Below, piece after piece: positions 28,201 through 44,904 of a DNA stretch of 64,000 nt. The translations under genes and the position numbers were made by a program. The notes under the pieces were generated by a model that was not told where the DNA came from, did no database searches, and saw only the letters and a list, made by a program, of their open reading frames with translations. Origin of the DNA: the human T2T-CHM13v2.0 reference genome, Homo sapiens; NCBI RefSeq assembly GCF_009914755.1, contig NC_060933.1; one strand, given 5' to 3'. Numbering within the stretch: the first letter of the stretch is position 1; each line of letters begins with the position of its first letter.

Positions 28201-31200
28201 ACAGGGGAATGGAATGGAATGGAATGCAATGGAAGGGAGTCATCCGTAATGGAATGGAAAGGAATGGAATGGAATGGAATGGAATGGAATGGAATGGAAT
28301 GGAATGGAATGGAATCAACTCGATGGCAATCGAATGGAATGGAATGGAATTAACCCGAATAGAACGGAATGGAATGGAATGGAACGGAACGGAATGGAAT
28401 GGAATGGAATGGAATTGAATGGAATGGAATGCCTTCAAACCGAATGGAATGGAAAGGAATGGAATCAACACGAGTGGAAAAGAATGGAATGGAAAGGAAT
28501 GGAATGGAATGGAATGGTACGGAATTGAATGGAATGGAACGAACTGGAATGGAATGGAATGGAAAGGAATGGAATGGAATGAAATGGAATCGTTCCGAGT
28601 GGAATAGGAGGGAATGTATTCGAGTGGAATGGAAAGGAATGGAATCAACCAGAGTGGAATGGAAGGGAATGGAATGGAATGGAAACTAATAGAATGGAAT
28701 CAACCCGAGTGGAATGGAATGGAAAGGACTGGAATGGAATGGAATGGAATGGAATGGAATGGAATCAACTCGATTTTAATGGAATGGAATGGAATGGAAT
28801 GGAATGGAATGGAATGGAATTAACCCGAATAAAATGGAATGGAATGGAATGGAATGGAATGGAGTGGAATGGAATGGAATCAACCCGAGGGCAGGGGAAT
28901 GGAATGGAATGGAATGCAATGGAATGGAATCATCCGGAATGGAATGGAATGGAATGGAATGCAAAGCAATGGAATCAACTCGAATGGAATGGAATGGAAT
29001 GGAATGGAAAGGAATAGAATGGAATCAACCCGAGTGTAATGGAATGGAAAGGAATGGAATGGAGTGGAATGGAGTGGAATGGAATGGAATGGAATCAACT
29101 CGATTGGAATGGAATGGAATGGAATGGAATGGAATGGAATGGAATGGAATTAACCCGAATGGAATGGAATGGAATGGAATGGAACGGAATGGAATGGAAT
29201 AGAATGGAATAGAATGGAATGGAATGGAATCAACCCGACTGCAGGGGAATGGAATGGAATGGAATGGAATGGAATGGAATGGAATCATCTGGAACGGAAT
29301 GGAATGGAATGGAATGGAATCAACTCGATTGCAATGGAAAGGAATGGAATGGAATGGAATGGAATGGAATGGAATGGAATGGAATGGAATGTAATTCACC
29401 CGAATAGAATGGAATGGAATGGAATGGAAAGGAATGGAAGGGAAGGAAATGGAATGTAATCAACCCGAGTGCAGGGGAATGGAATGGAATGGAATGCAAT
29501 GGAATGGATTCATCCGGAATGGAATCGAATGGAATGGAATGGAATGGAATGGAATGGAATGGTATCAACCCGAGTGCAGGGGAATGTAATGGAACGGAAT
29601 GCAATGGAATGGAATCATCCGGAATGGAATGGAATTGAATGGAATGGAATGGAATCAACCCGAGTGCAATGGAATGGAGTGGAATGGAATGGAATGGAAT
29701 GGAATGGAACAACCCGAATGGAATGGAATGTAATGGACAGTAAGGGAGTTGAATAGAATCAATCCGAATGTAATGGAATGGAATGCAACGGAATGGAATG
29801 GAATGGAATGCAATGGAATGGAATGGAATGGAATGCAAAGGAATGGAATCAACCCGAGTGGAATAGCATGGAATGGATTGCAATGGATTGGAATGGAATG
29901 GAATCAACTCCAGTGGAAAGGAATGGAATGGAATGGAAAGGAATGGAATGAAGTCAACTCGAGTGGAATGGAATGGAATGGAATGGATTGGAATGGATTG
30001 CAATGGAATGAAATGGAATGGAATGGAATGGAATCAATCATTCCGAGTGGAATGGAAGGGAATGTAATGGAGTGGAAAGAAGGGAATGGAATCAACCCGA
30101 GTGGAATGCAAGGCAATGGAATGGAATGGAAAGGAATGGAATGGAATCAACTCGATTGCAATGGAATGGAATGGAATGGAATGGAAAGGAATGGAATGGA
30201 ATTAACCGGAATAGAATGGAATGGAATGGAATGGAACGGAATGGAATTTAATGGAAGGGAATGGAATCAACACGAGTGCAGGGGAATGGAATGGAATGGA
30301 ATGCAATGGAATGGAATCATCCGGAATGGAATGGAATGGAATGGAATAAACTCCATTGCAATGGAATGGAATGGAATGGAATGGAATAGAATGGAATGGA
30401 ATTAACCGGAATAGAATGGAATGCAATAGAATGGAATGCAACGGAACCGAATGGAGTGGAATGGAATGGAATGGAATCAACCCGAGTACAGGGGAATGGA
30501 AAGGAATGGAAAGCAATGGAATGGAGTCATCCGTAATGGAATGGAAAGGAATGGAATGGAATGGAATGGAATGGAATGGAATGGAATGGAATCAACTCGA
30601 TGGCAATCGAATGGAATGGAATGGAATTAGCCCGAATAGAATGGAATGGAATTGAAAGGAATGGAATGGAATTGAATGGAATGGAATTCCTTCAAACCGA
30701 ATGGAATGGAAAGGAATGGAATCAACACGAGTGGAAAGGAATGGAATGGAAAGGAATGGAATGGAATGGAATGGTACGGAATAGAATGGAATGGAACGAA
30801 CTGGAATGGAATGGAATGGAATGCAATGGAATCGTTCCGAGTGGAATAGGAGGGAATGTATTCGAGTGGAATGGAAAAGAATGGAATCAACCAGAGTGGA
30901 ATGGAAGGGAATGGAATGGAATGGAAATTAATAGAATGGAATAAACCCGAGTGGAATGGAATGGAAAGGACTGCAATGGAATGGAATGGAATGGAATGCA
31001 ATGGAATCAACTCGAGTAATGGAATGGAATGGAATGGAATGGAATGGAATGGAATGGAATTAACCCGAATACAATGGAATGGAATGGAATGGAACAGAAT
31101 GGAGTGGAATGGAATGGAATCAACCCGAGTGCAGGGGAAAGGAATGGAATGGAATGCAATGGAATGGAATCATCCGGAATGGAATGGAATGGAATGGAAT

Positions 31201-34200
31201 GCAAAGCAATGGAATCAACTCGATTGCAATGGAATGGAATGGAATGGAAAGGAATAGAATGGAATCAACCCGAGTGTAATGGAATGGAAAGGACTGGAAT
31301 GGAGTGGAATGGAATGGAATGGAATGGAATGGAATCAACTCGATTGGAAAGGAATGGAATGGAATGGAATGGAATGGAATGGAATTAACCCGAATAGAAT
31401 GGAATGGAATGGAATGGAACGGAATGGAATGGAATGGAATGGAATGGAATGGAATCAACCCGACTGCAGGGGAATGGAATGGAATGCAATGGAATGGAAT
31501 CATCCGGAATGGAATGGAATGGAATGCAATGGAATGGAATGGAATGGAATCAACCCGAGTGCAATGGAATGGAATCGAATGGAATGGAATGCAATGGAAT
31601 GGATTCAACTTGAATGGAATGGAAAGAATGGAATCAACACGAGTGGAATGGCATGGATTGGAATGGAATGGAATGGAATCAACCCGAGTATAGGGGAATG
31701 GAATTGTATGGAATGCAATGGAATGGAATCATCCGGAAAGGAATGGAAAGGAATGGAATGGAATGGAATGGAATGGAATGGAATCAACTCGATTGCAATC
31801 GAATGGAATGGAATGGAATTAACCAGAATAGAATGGAATGGAATGGAATGGAACGGAACGGAATGGAATGGAATCGAATGGAATGGAACGGAACGGAATG
31901 GAATGGAATGGAATGGAATGGAATGGAATCAACGCGAGTGCAGGGGAATGGAATGGAATGGAATGCAATGGAATGGAATCTTCCGGAATGGAATGGAATG
32001 GAATGGAATGGAATGAAATGCAATGGATTAAACTCGATTGCAATGGAATGGAATAGAATGCAATGGAATGGAATTGAATGGAATTAATTCGAATAGAATG
32101 GAATGGAATGGAATGGAACGGAATGGAACGGAATGGAATGGAATGGAATGGAATGGAATGGTATGGAATTGAGTGGAATGGTACAGAATAGAATGGAATG
32201 GAACGAATTGTAATGGAATGAAATTGAATGGAATGGAATGGAATGGAATGGAATCAACGCGAGTGCAGGGGAATGTAATTGAACGGAATGCAATGGAATG
32301 GAATCATCCGGAATGGAATGGAATGGAATGGAATGGAATGAAATGGAATGGAATGGAATGGAATCAACCCGAGTGCAATGGAATGGAGTGGAATGGAATG
32401 GAATGGAATGGAACAACCCGAATGGAATGGAATGGAATGGAGAGTAAGGGAGTTGAATAGAATCAATCCGAATGTAATGGAATGGAATGCAACGGAATGG
32501 AATGGAATGGAATGGAATGGAATGCAATGGAATTGAATCAACCCGAGTACAATGGAATGGAATGGAATGGAATGGAATGGAATGGAATGATACGGAATAG
32601 AATGGAATGGAACGAAATGGAATGGAATGGAATGGAATGGAATGGAATCGTTCTGAGTGGAATAGGAGGGAATGTATTCGAGTGGAATGGAAAGGAATGG
32701 AAAAAACCTGAGTGGAATGGAAGGGAATGGAATGGAATGGAAACTAATAGAATGGAATCAACCCGAGAGGAATGGAATGGAAAGGACTGGAATGGAATGG
32801 AATGGAATGGAATCAACTCGACTGTAATGGAATGGAATGGAATGGAATGGAATGGAATTAACCGGAATACAATGCAATGGAATGGAATGGAACGGAATGG
32901 AGTGGAATCGAATGGAATCAACCCGAGTGCAGGGGAATGGAATGGAATGGAATGCAATGGAATGGAATCATCCGTAATGGAATGGAAAGGAATGGAATGG
33001 AATGGAATGGAATGGAATGGAATGGAATGGAATCAACTCGATTGCAATCGAATGGAATGGAATGGAATTAACCCGAATAGAATGGAATGGAATGGAATGG
33101 AACGGAACGGAACGGAATGGAATGGAATGGAATGGAATGGAACGGAACGGAATGGAATGGAATGGAATGGAATGGAATGGAATGGAAAGGAACGGAAAGC
33201 AAGGGAATGGAATGGAATAGAATGGAATGGAATGGAATCAACGCGAGTGCAGGGGAATGGAATGGAATGGAATGCAATGGAATTGAATCATCCGTAATGG
33301 AATGGAAAGGAATGGAATGGAAAGGAATTAACCCGAATAGAATGGAATGGAATGGAATGGAACGGAATGGAACGGAATGGAATGGAATGGAATGGAATGG
33401 TATGGCATGGAGTGGAATGTTACGGAATAGAATGGAATGGAACGAATTGTAATGGAATGGAATGGAATGGAATGGAATGGAATGGAATGGCATCAACGCG
33501 AGTGCAGGGAAATGTAATGGAACGGAATGCAATGGAATGGAATCATCCGGAATGGAATGGAATGGAATGGAATGGAATGGAATCAACCCGAGTGCAATGG
33601 AATGGAGTGGAATGGAATGGAATGGAATGGAACAACCCGAATGGAATGGAATGTAATGGAGAGTAAGGGAGTTGAATAGAATCAATCCGAATGTAATGGA
33701 ATGGAATGCAACAGAATGGAATGGAATGGAATGGAATGGAATGGAATGGAATGGAATGGAATGCAATGGAATTGAATGAACCCGAGTACAATGGAATGGA
33801 ATGGAATGGAATGGAATGGAATGGAATGATACGGAATAGAATGGAATGGAACGAAATGGAATGGAATGGAATGGAATGGAATGGAATGGAATGGAATGGA
33901 ATCGTTCCGTGTGGAATAGGAGGGAATGTATTCGAGTGGAATGGAAAGGAATGGTATCAACCAGAGTGGAATGGAAGGGAATGGAATGGAATGGAAACTA
34001 ATAGAATGGAATCAACCCGAGTGGAATGGAATGGAAAGGACTGGAATGGAATGGAATCAACTCGATTGTAATGGAATGGAATGGAATGGAATGGAATGGA
34101 ATGGAATGGAATTAACCCGAATAAAATGGAATGGAATGGAACGGAACGGAATGGAGTGTAATGGACTGGAATCAACCCGAGTGCAGGGGAATGGAATGGA

Positions 34201-37200
34201 ATGGAATGCAATGGAATGGAATCATCCGGAATGGAATGGAATGGAATGGAATGCAAAGCAATGGAATCAACTCGATTACAATGGAATGGAATGGAATGGA
34301 AGGGAATACATTGGAATCAACCCGAGTGGAATGGAATGGAAAGGACTGGAATGGAGTGGAATGGAATGGAATGGAATGGAATGGAATCAACTCGATTGGA
34401 ATGGAATGGAATGGAATGGAATGGAATTAACCCGAATAGAATGGAATGGAATGGAATGGAACGGAACGGAACGGAATGGAATGGAATGGAATGGAATGGA
34501 ATGGAATGGAATCAACCCGAATGCAGGGGAATGGAATGGAATGGAATGCAATGGAATGGATTCAACTTGAATGGAATGGAAAGAATGGAATCAACACGAG
34601 TGGAATGGCATGGATTGGAATGGAATGGAATGGAATCAACCCGAGTACAGGGGAATGGAATGGAAGGGAATGCAATGGAATGGAATCATCCGTAATGGAA
34701 TGGAAAGGAATGGAATGGAATGGAATGGAATGGAATGGAATGGAATGGAATGGAATCAACTCGATTGCAATCGAATGGAATGGAATGGAATTAACCCGAA
34801 TAGAATGGAATGGAATGGAATGGAACGGAACGGAATGGAATGGAATGGAATGGAATGGAATGGAATGGAACGGAACGGAATGGAATGGAATGGAATGGAA
34901 TGGAATGCAATCAACGCGAGTGCAGGGGAATGGAATGGAATGGAATGCAATGGAATGGAATCTTCTGGAATGGAATGGAATGGAATGGAATGGAATGGAA
35001 TGAAATGCAATGGATTCAACTCGATTGCAATGGAATGGAATAGAATGGAATGGAATGGAATGGAATGGAATTAATCCGAATAGAATGGAATGGAATGGAA
35101 TGGAACGGAATGGAACGGAATGGAATGGAATGGAATGGAATGGAATGGTATGGAATGGAATGGAATGGTACGGAATAGAATGGAATGGAACGAATTGTAA
35201 TGGAATGGAATTGAATGGAATGGAATGGAATCAACGCGAGTGCAGGGGAATGTAATGGAACGGAATGCAATGGAATGGAATCATCCGGAATGGAATGGAA
35301 TGGAATGGAATGGAATGGAATGGAATGGAATCAACCCGAGTGCAATGGAATGGAGTGGAATGGAATGGAATGGAATGGAACAACCCGAATGGAATGGAAT
35401 GTAATGTAGAGTAAGGGAGTTGAATAGAATCAATCCAAATGTAATGGAATGGAATAGAACGGAATGGAATGGAATGGAATGGAATGGAATGGAATGGAAT
35501 GCAATGGAATTGAATCAACCTGAGTACAATGGAATGGAATGGAATGGAATGGAATGGAATGGAATGGAATGGAATGATACGGAATAGAATGGAATGGAAG
35601 GAAATGGAATGGAATGGAATGGAATGGAATGGAATGAAATGGAATCGTTCCGAGTGGAATAGGAGGGAATGTATTCGAGTGGAATGGAAAGGAATGGAAT
35701 TAACCAGAGTGGAATGGAATGGAATGGAATGGAATGGAAACTAATAGAATGGAAGCAACACGAGTGGAATGGAATGGAAAGCACTGGAATGGAATGGAAT
35801 GGAATGGAATGGAATGGAATCAACTCGATTGTAATGGAATGGAATGGAATGGAATGGAATGGAATGGAATGGAATGGAATTAACCCGAATACAATGGAAT
35901 GGAATGGAATGGAACGGAATGGAGTGGAATGGAATGCAATCAACCCGAGTGCAGGGGAATGGAATGGAATGGAATGCAATGGAATGGAATCATCCGGAAT
36001 GGAATGGAATGGAATGGAATGAAAAGCAATGGAATCAACTCGATTGCAATGGAATGGAATGGAATGGAAAGGAATAGAATGGAATCAACCTGAGTGTAAT
36101 GGAATGGAAAGGACTGGAATGGAGTGGAATGGAATGGAATGGAATGGAGTGGAATCAACTCGATTTCAATGGCATGGAATGGAATGGAATGGAATGGAAT
36201 GGAATTAACCCGAATAGAATGGAATGGAATGGAATTGAACGGAATGGAATGGAATGGAATGGAATGGAATGGAATCATCCCTACTGCAGGGGAATGGAAT
36301 GGAATGGAATGGAATGGAATGGAATGGAATGGAATGGAATGGAATCATCCGGAACGGAATGGAATGGAATGGAATGGAATCAACTCGACTGCAATGGAAT
36401 GGAATGGAATGGAATGGAATCGAAAGGAATGGAATGGAATTAACTGGAATAGAATGGAATGGAATGGAATGGAACGGAATGGAATGGAATGGAATGGAAT
36501 GGAATGGAATGGAATGGAATCAACCCGAGTGCAGGGGAATGGAATGGAATGGAATGCAATGGAATGGAATCATCCGGAATGGAATGGAATGGAATGGAAT
36601 GCAATCAACGTGATGCAATGGAATGGAGTGGAATGGAATGGAATGGAATGGAAACATCCCGAATGGAATGGTAAGTAATGGAGTGTAAGGGAATTCAATA
36701 GAATCAATCCGAATGTAATGGAATGGAATGGAATGAAATGGAATGGAATGGAATGGAATGGAATGGCATCAACCCGAGTGCAATGGAATGGATTCGAATG
36801 GAATGGAATGGAATGGAATGGATTCAACAAGAATGGAATGGAAAGGAATGGAATCAACCCGAGTGTAATGGCATGGAATGGAACGGAATGGAATGGGATG
36901 GAATGGAATGGTACGGAATAGAATGGAATGGAATGGAATGGAATGGAATGGAATGAACCCGTGTGCAATGGAATGGAATGGAATGGAATGGAATGGAATG
37001 GAATGGAATGGAATGGAATGGAATCATCTCGATTGCAATCGAATGGAATGGAATGGAATTAACCCGAATAGAATGGAATGGAATGGAATGGAATGAAACG
37101 GAACGGAATGGAATGGAATGGAATGGAATGGAATGGAACGGAAAGGAATGGAATGGAATGGAATGGAATGGAATGCAATGGAATGGAATCAACGCGAGTG

Positions 37201-40200
37201 CAGGGAAATGTAATGGAACGGAATGCAATGGAATGGAATCATCCGGAATGGAATGGAATGGAATGGAATGGAATGGAATGGAATGGAATGGAATGGAATG
37301 GAATCAACCCGAGTGCAATGGAATGGAGTGGAATGGAATGGAATGGAATGGAACAACCCGAATGGAATGGAATGTAATGGAGAGTAAGGGAGTTGAATAG
37401 AATCAATCCGAATGTAATGGAATGGAATGCAACAGAATGGAATGGAATGGAATGGAATGGAATGGAATGGAATGGAATGCAATGGAATTGAATGAACCCG
37501 AGTACAATGGAATGGAATGGAATGGAATGGAATGGAATGGAATGATACGGAATAGAATGGAATGGAACGAAATGGAATGGAATGGAATGGAATGGAATGG
37601 AATGGAATGGAATGGAATGGAATGGAATCGTTCCGAGTGGAATAGGAGGGAATGTATTCGAGTGGAATGGAAAGGAATGGAATCAACCAGAGTGGAATGG
37701 AAGGGAATGGAATGGAATGGAAACTAATAGAATGGAAGCAACACGAGTGGAATGGAATGGAAAGGACTGGAATGGAACGGAATGGAATGGAATGGAATGG
37801 AATCAACTCGATTGTAATGGAATGGAATGGAATGGAATGGAATGGAATGGAATGGAATGGAATTAACCCGAATACAATGGAATGGAATGGAATGGAATGG
37901 AATGGAGTGGAATGGAATGGAATGGAATGGAATGGAATCAACTCGATTTTAATGGAATGGAATGGAATGGAATGGAATGGAATGGAATGGAATTAACCCT
38001 AATAGAATGGAATGGAATGGAATGGAACGGAATGGAATGGAATGGAATGGAATGGAATGGATTGGAATGGAATCAACCCGACTGCATGGGAATGGAATGG
38101 AATGGAATGGAATGGAATGGAATGGAATGGAATGGAATGGAATCATCCGGAACGGAATGGAATGGAATGGAATGGAATCAACTCGACTGCAATGGAATGG
38201 AATGGAATGGAATGGAATCGAAAGGAATGGAATGGAATTAACCGGAATAGAATGGAATGGAATGGAATGGAACGGAATGGAATGGAATGGAATGGAATGG
38301 AATGGAATCAATCCGAATGCAGGGGAATGGAATGGAATGGAATGCAATGGAATGGAATCATCCGGAATGGAATGGAATGGAATGGAATGCAATCAACCTG
38401 ATGCAATGTAATGGAGTGGAATGGAATGGAATGGAATGGAAACATCCCGAATGGAATGGTATGTAATGGAGTGTAAGGGAATTCAATAGAATCAATCCGA
38501 ATGTAATGGAATGGAATGGAATGAAATGGAATGGAATGGAATGGAATGGAATGGAATCAACCCGAGTGCAATGGAATGGATTCGAATGGAATGGAATGGA
38601 ATGGAATGGATTCAACAAGAATGGAATGGAAAGGAATGGAATCAACCCGAGTGTAATGGCATGGAATGGAACGGAATGGAATGGGATGGAATGGAATGGT
38701 ACGGAATAGAATGGAATGGAATGAAATGGAATGGAATGGAATGGAATGGAATGGAATGGAATGGAATGGAATGGAATGGAATGAACCCGTGTGCAATGGA
38801 ATGGAATAGAATGGAATGGAATGGAATGGAATGGAATGGAATGGAATCATCTCGATTGCAATCGAATGGAATGGAATGGAATTAACCCGAATAGAATGGA
38901 ATGGAATGGAATGGAATGAAACGGAACGGAATGGAATGGAATGGAATGGAATGGAATGGAACGGAAAGGAATGGAATGGAATGCAATGGAATGGAATGGA
39001 ATGGAATGGAATGGAATGGAATCAACGCGAGTGCAGGGGAATGGAATGGAATGGAATGCAATGGAATGGAATCATCCGGAATGGAATGGAATGGAATGGA
39101 AAGGAATGGAATGGAATGGTATCAACCCGAGTGCAGGGGAATGTAATGGAACGGAATGCAATGGAATGGAATCATCCGGAATGGAATGGAATGGAATGGA
39201 ATGGAATGGAATCAACCCGAGTGCAATGGAATGGAGTCGAATGGAATGGAATGGAATGGAAAAACCCGAATGGAATGGAATGTAATGGAGAGTAAGGGAG
39301 TTGAATAGAATCAATCCGAATGTAATGGAATGGAATGCAACGGAATGGAATGGAATGGAATGCAATGGAATGGAATGGAATGGAATGCAAAGGAATGGAA
39401 TCAACCCGAGTGGAATGGCATGGAATGGATTGCAATGGATTGGAATGGAATGGAATCAACTCGAGTGGAAAGGAATGGAATGGAATGGAAAGGAATGGAA
39501 TGAAGTCAACTCGAGTGGAATGGAATGGAATGGAATGGATTGGAATGGATTGCAATGGAATGAAATGGAATGGAATGGAATGGAATCAATCATTCCGAGT
39601 GGAATGGAAGGGAATGTATTGGAGTGGAAAGAAGGGAATGGAATCAACCCGAGTGGAATGCAAGACAATGGAATGGAATGGAAAGGAATGGAATGGAATC
39701 AACTCGATTGCAATGGAATGGAATGGAATGGAATGGAATGGAATGGAATGGAATGGAATTAACCGGAATAGAATGGAATGGAATGGAATGGAACGGAATG
39801 GAATGGAATGGAAGGGAATGGAATCAACACGAGTGCAGGGGAATGGAATGCAATGGAATGCAATGGAATGGAATCATCCGGAATGGAATGGAATGCAATG
39901 GAATAAACTCCATTGCAATGGAAAGGAATGGAATGGAATGGAATAGAATGGAATGGAATTAACCCGAATAGAATGGAATGCAATAGAATGGAATGCAAAG
40001 GAACCGAATGGAGTGGAATGGAATGGAATGGAATCAACCCGAGTACAGGGGAATGGAATGGAATGGAAAGCAATGGAATGGAGTCATCCGTAATGGAATG
40101 GAAAGGAATGGAATGGAATGGAATGGAATGGAATGGATTCAACTCGATGACAATCGAATGGAATGGAATGGAATTAACCCGAATAGAATGGAATGGAATG

Positions 40201-43200
40201 GAATGGAACGGAACGGAATGGAATGGAATGGAATGGAATGGAATGGAACGGAACGGAATGGAATGGAATGGAATGGAATGGAATCAACGCGAGTGCAGGG
40301 GAATGGAATGGAATGGAATGTAATGGAATGGAATCTTCCGGAATGGAATGGAATGGAATGGAATGGAATGAAAGGCAATGGATTCAACTCGATTGCAATG
40401 GAATGGAATAGAATGGAATGGAATTGAATGGAATGGAATGGAATTGAATGGAATGGAATGCCTTCAAACCGAATGGAATGGAAAGCAATGGAATCAACAC
40501 GAGTGGAATAGAATGGAATGGAAAGGAATGGAATGGAATGGAATGCTACGGAATAGAATGGAATGGAACGAAATGGAATGGAATGGAATGGAATGGAATG
40601 GAATGGAATGGAATGGAATGCAATGGAATGGAATCGTTCCGAGTGGAATAGGAGGGAATGTATTCGAGTGGAATGGAAAGGAATGGAATCAACCAGAGTG
40701 GAATGGAAGGGAATGGAATGGAATGGAAACTAATAGAATGGAATCAACACGAGTGGAATGGAATGGAAAGGACTGGAATGGAATGGAATGGAATGGAATG
40801 GAATGGAATGGAATCAACTCGATTGTAATGGAATGGAATGGAATGGAATGGAATGGAACGGAATGGAATGGAATTAACCCGAATACAATGGAATGGAATG
40901 GAATGGAATGGAATGGAGTGGAATGGAATGGAATGGAATGGAATGGAATGGAATGGAGTGGAATGGAATGGAATGGAACGGAACGGAATGGAATGGAATG
41001 GAATGGAATGGAATGGAATCAACGCGAGTGCAGGGGAATGGAATGGAATGGAATGCAATGGAATGGAATCTTCCGGAATGGAATGGAATGGAATGGAATG
41101 GAATGAAATGCAATGGATTCAACTCGATTGCAATGGAATGGAATAGAATGCAATGGAATGGAATTGAATGGAATTAATTCGAATAGAATGGAATGGAATG
41201 GAATGGAACGGAATGGAACGGAATGGAATGGAATGGAATGGAATGGAATGGAATGGTATGGAATTGAATGGAATGGTACAGAATAGAATGGAATGGAACG
41301 AATTGTAATGGAATGAAATTGAATGGAATGGAATGGAATGGAATGGAATCAACGCGAGTGCAGGGGAATGTAATTGAACGGAATGCAATGGAATGGAATC
41401 ATCCGGAATGGAATGGAATGGAATGGAATGGAATGAAATGGAATGGAATGGAATGCAATCAACCCGAGTGCAATGGAATGGAGTGGAATGGAATGGAATG
41501 GAATGGAACAACCCGAATGGAATGGAATGGAATGGAGAGTAAGGGAGTTGAATAGAATCAATCCGAATGTAATGGAATGGAATGCAACGGAATGGAATGG
41601 AATGGAATGGAATGGAATGCAATGGAATTGAATCAACCCGAGTACAATGGAATGGAATGGAATGGAATGGAATGGAATGATACGGAATAGAATGGAATGG
41701 AACGAAATGGAATGGAATGGAATGGAATGGAATGGAATCGTTCTGAGTGGAATAGGAGGGAATGTATTCGAGTGGAATGGAAAGGAATGGAAAAAACCTG
41801 AGTGGAATGGAAGGGAATGGAATGGAATGGAAACTAATAGAATGGAATCAACCCGAGAGGAATGGAATGGAAAGGACTGGAATGGAATGGAATGGAATGG
41901 AATCAACTCGACTGTAATGGAATGGAATGGAATGGAATGGAATGGAATTAACCGGAATACAATGCAATGGAATGGAATGGAACGGAATGGAGTGGAAGCG
42001 AATGGAATCAACCCGAGTGCAGGGGAATGGAATGGAATGGAATGCAATGGAATGGAATCATCCGGAATGGAATGGAATGGAATGGAATGCAAAGCAATGG
42101 AATCAACTCGATTGCAATGGAATGGAATGGAATGGAAAGGAATACATTGCAATCAACCCGAGTGGAATGGAATGGAAAGGACTGGAATGGAGTGGAATGG
42201 AATGGAATGGAATGGAATGGAATGGAATCAACTCGATTGGAATGGAATGGAATGGAATGGAATGGAATGGAATGGAATGGAATGGAATTAATCCGAATAG
42301 AATGGAATGGAATGGAATGGAACGGAACGGAATGGAATGGAATGGAAAGGAATGGAATGGAATGGAATGGAAACAACCGGACTGCAGGGGAATGGAATGG
42401 AATGGAATGCAATGGAATGGATTCAACTTGAATGGAATGGAAAGAATGGAGTCAACACGAGTGGAATGGCATGGATTGGAATGGAATGGAATGGAATCAA
42501 CCCGAGTAGAGGGGAATGGAATGGAATGGAATGCAATGGAATTTAATCATCCGTAATGGAATGGAAAGGAATGGAATGGAATGGAATGGAATGGAATGGA
42601 ATGGAATGGAATGGAATCAACTCGATTGCAATCGAATGGAATGGAATGGAATTAACCCGAATAGAATGGAATGGAATGGAATGGAAAGGAACGGAACGGA
42701 ATGGAATGGATTGGAATGGAATGGAATGGAATGGAATGGAACGGAAAGGAATGGAATGGAATGGAATGGAATGGAATGGAATGGAATGGAATGGAATCAA
42801 CGCGAGTGCAGGGGAATGGAATGGAATGGAATGCAATGGAATGGAATCTTCCGGAATGAAATGGAATGGAATGGAATGGAATGGAATGGAATAAACCCGA
42901 GTGCAATGGAATGGAGTGGAATGGAATGGAATGGAATGGAACAACCCGAATGGAATGGAATGTAATGGAGAGTAAGGGAGTTGAATAGAATAAATCCGAA
43001 TGTAATGGAATGGAATGGAACGGAATGGAATTGAATGGAATGGAATGAAATGCAATGCAATGGAATCAACCCGAGTTCAATGGAATGGAGAAGAATGGAA
43101 TGGAATGGAATGGAAACTACCCGAATGGAATGGAATGGAATGGAGTGTAAGGGAATTGAATAGAATCAATCCGAATGTAATGGAATGGAATGGAACGGAA

Positions 43201-44904
43201 TGGAATGGAATGGAATGGAATGGAATGCAATGGAATGGAATCAACCCGAGTGCAATCGAATGGAATCGAATGGAATGGAATGCAATGGAATGGATTCAAC
43301 TTGAATGGAATGGAGAGAATGGAATCAACACGAGTGGAAAGGCATGGATTGGAATGGAATGGAATGGAATCAACCCGAGTACAGGGGAACGGAATGGAAT
43401 GGAATGCAATGGAATGGAATCATCCGTAATGGAATGGAAAGGAATGGAATGGAATGGAATGGAATGGAATGGAATGGAATGGAATGGAATCAACTCGATT
43501 GCAATCGAATGGAATGGAATGGAATTAACCCGAATAGAATGGAATGGAATGGAATGGAACGGAACGGAACGGAATGGAATGGAATGGAATGGAATGGAAT
43601 GGAACGGAACGGAATGGAATGGAATGGAATGGAATGGAATGGAATGGAAAGGAACGGAAAGCAAGGGAATGGAATGGAATAGAATGGAATGGAATGGAAT
43701 CAACGCGAGTGCAGGGGAATGGAATGGAATGGAATGCAATGGAATTGAATCATCCGTAATGGAATGGAAAGGAATGGAATGGAAAGGAATTAACCCGAAT
43801 AGAATGGAATGGAATGGAATGGAACGGAATGGAACGGAATGGAATGGAATGGAATGGAATGGTATGGCATGGAGTGGAATGTTACGGAATAGAATGGAAT
43901 GGAACGAATTGTAATGGAATGGAATGGAATGGAATGGAATGGAATGGAATGGAATCAACGCGAGTGCAGGGAAATGTAATGGAACGGAATGCAATGGAAT
44001 GGAATCATCCGGAATGGAATGGAATGGAATGGAATGGAATGGAATCAACCCGAGTGCAATGGAATGGAGTGGAATGGAATGGAATGGAATGGAACAACCC
44101 GAATGGAATGGAATGTAATGGAGAGTAAGGGAGTTGAATAGAATCAATCCGAATGTAATGGAATGGAATGCAACAGAATGTAATGGAATGGAATGGAATG
44201 GAATGGAATGGAATGGAATGCAATGGAATTGAATGAACCCGAGTACAATGGAATGGAATGGAATGGAATGGAATGGAATGGAATGATACGGAATAGAATG
44301 GAATGGAACGAAATGGAATGGAATGGAATGGAATGGAATGGAATGGAATGGAATGGAATGGAATGGAATGGAATCGTTCCGAGTGGAATAGGAGGGAATG
44401 TATTCGAGTGGAATGGAAAGGAATGGTATCAACCAGAGTGGAATGGAAGGCAATGGAATGGAATGGAAACTAATAGAATGGAATCAACCCGAGTGGAATG
44501 GAATGGAAAGGACTGGAATGGAATGGAATCAACTCGATTGTAATGGAATGGAATGGAATGGAATGGAATGGAATGGAATGGAATTAACCCGAATACAATG
44601 GAATGGAATGGAACGGAACGGAATGGAGTGGAATGGACTGGAATCAACCCGAGTGCAGGGGAATGGAATGGAATGGAATGCAATGGAATGGAATCATCCG
44701 GAATGGAATGGAATGGAATGGAATGCAAAGCAATGGAATCAACTCGATTACAATGGAATGGAATGGAATGGAAGGGAATACATTGGAATCAACCCGAGTG
44801 GAATGGAATGGAAAGGACTGGAATGGAGTGGAATGGAATGGAATGGAATGGAATGGAATCAACTCGATTGGAATGGAATGGAATGGAATGGAATGGAATG
44901 GAAT

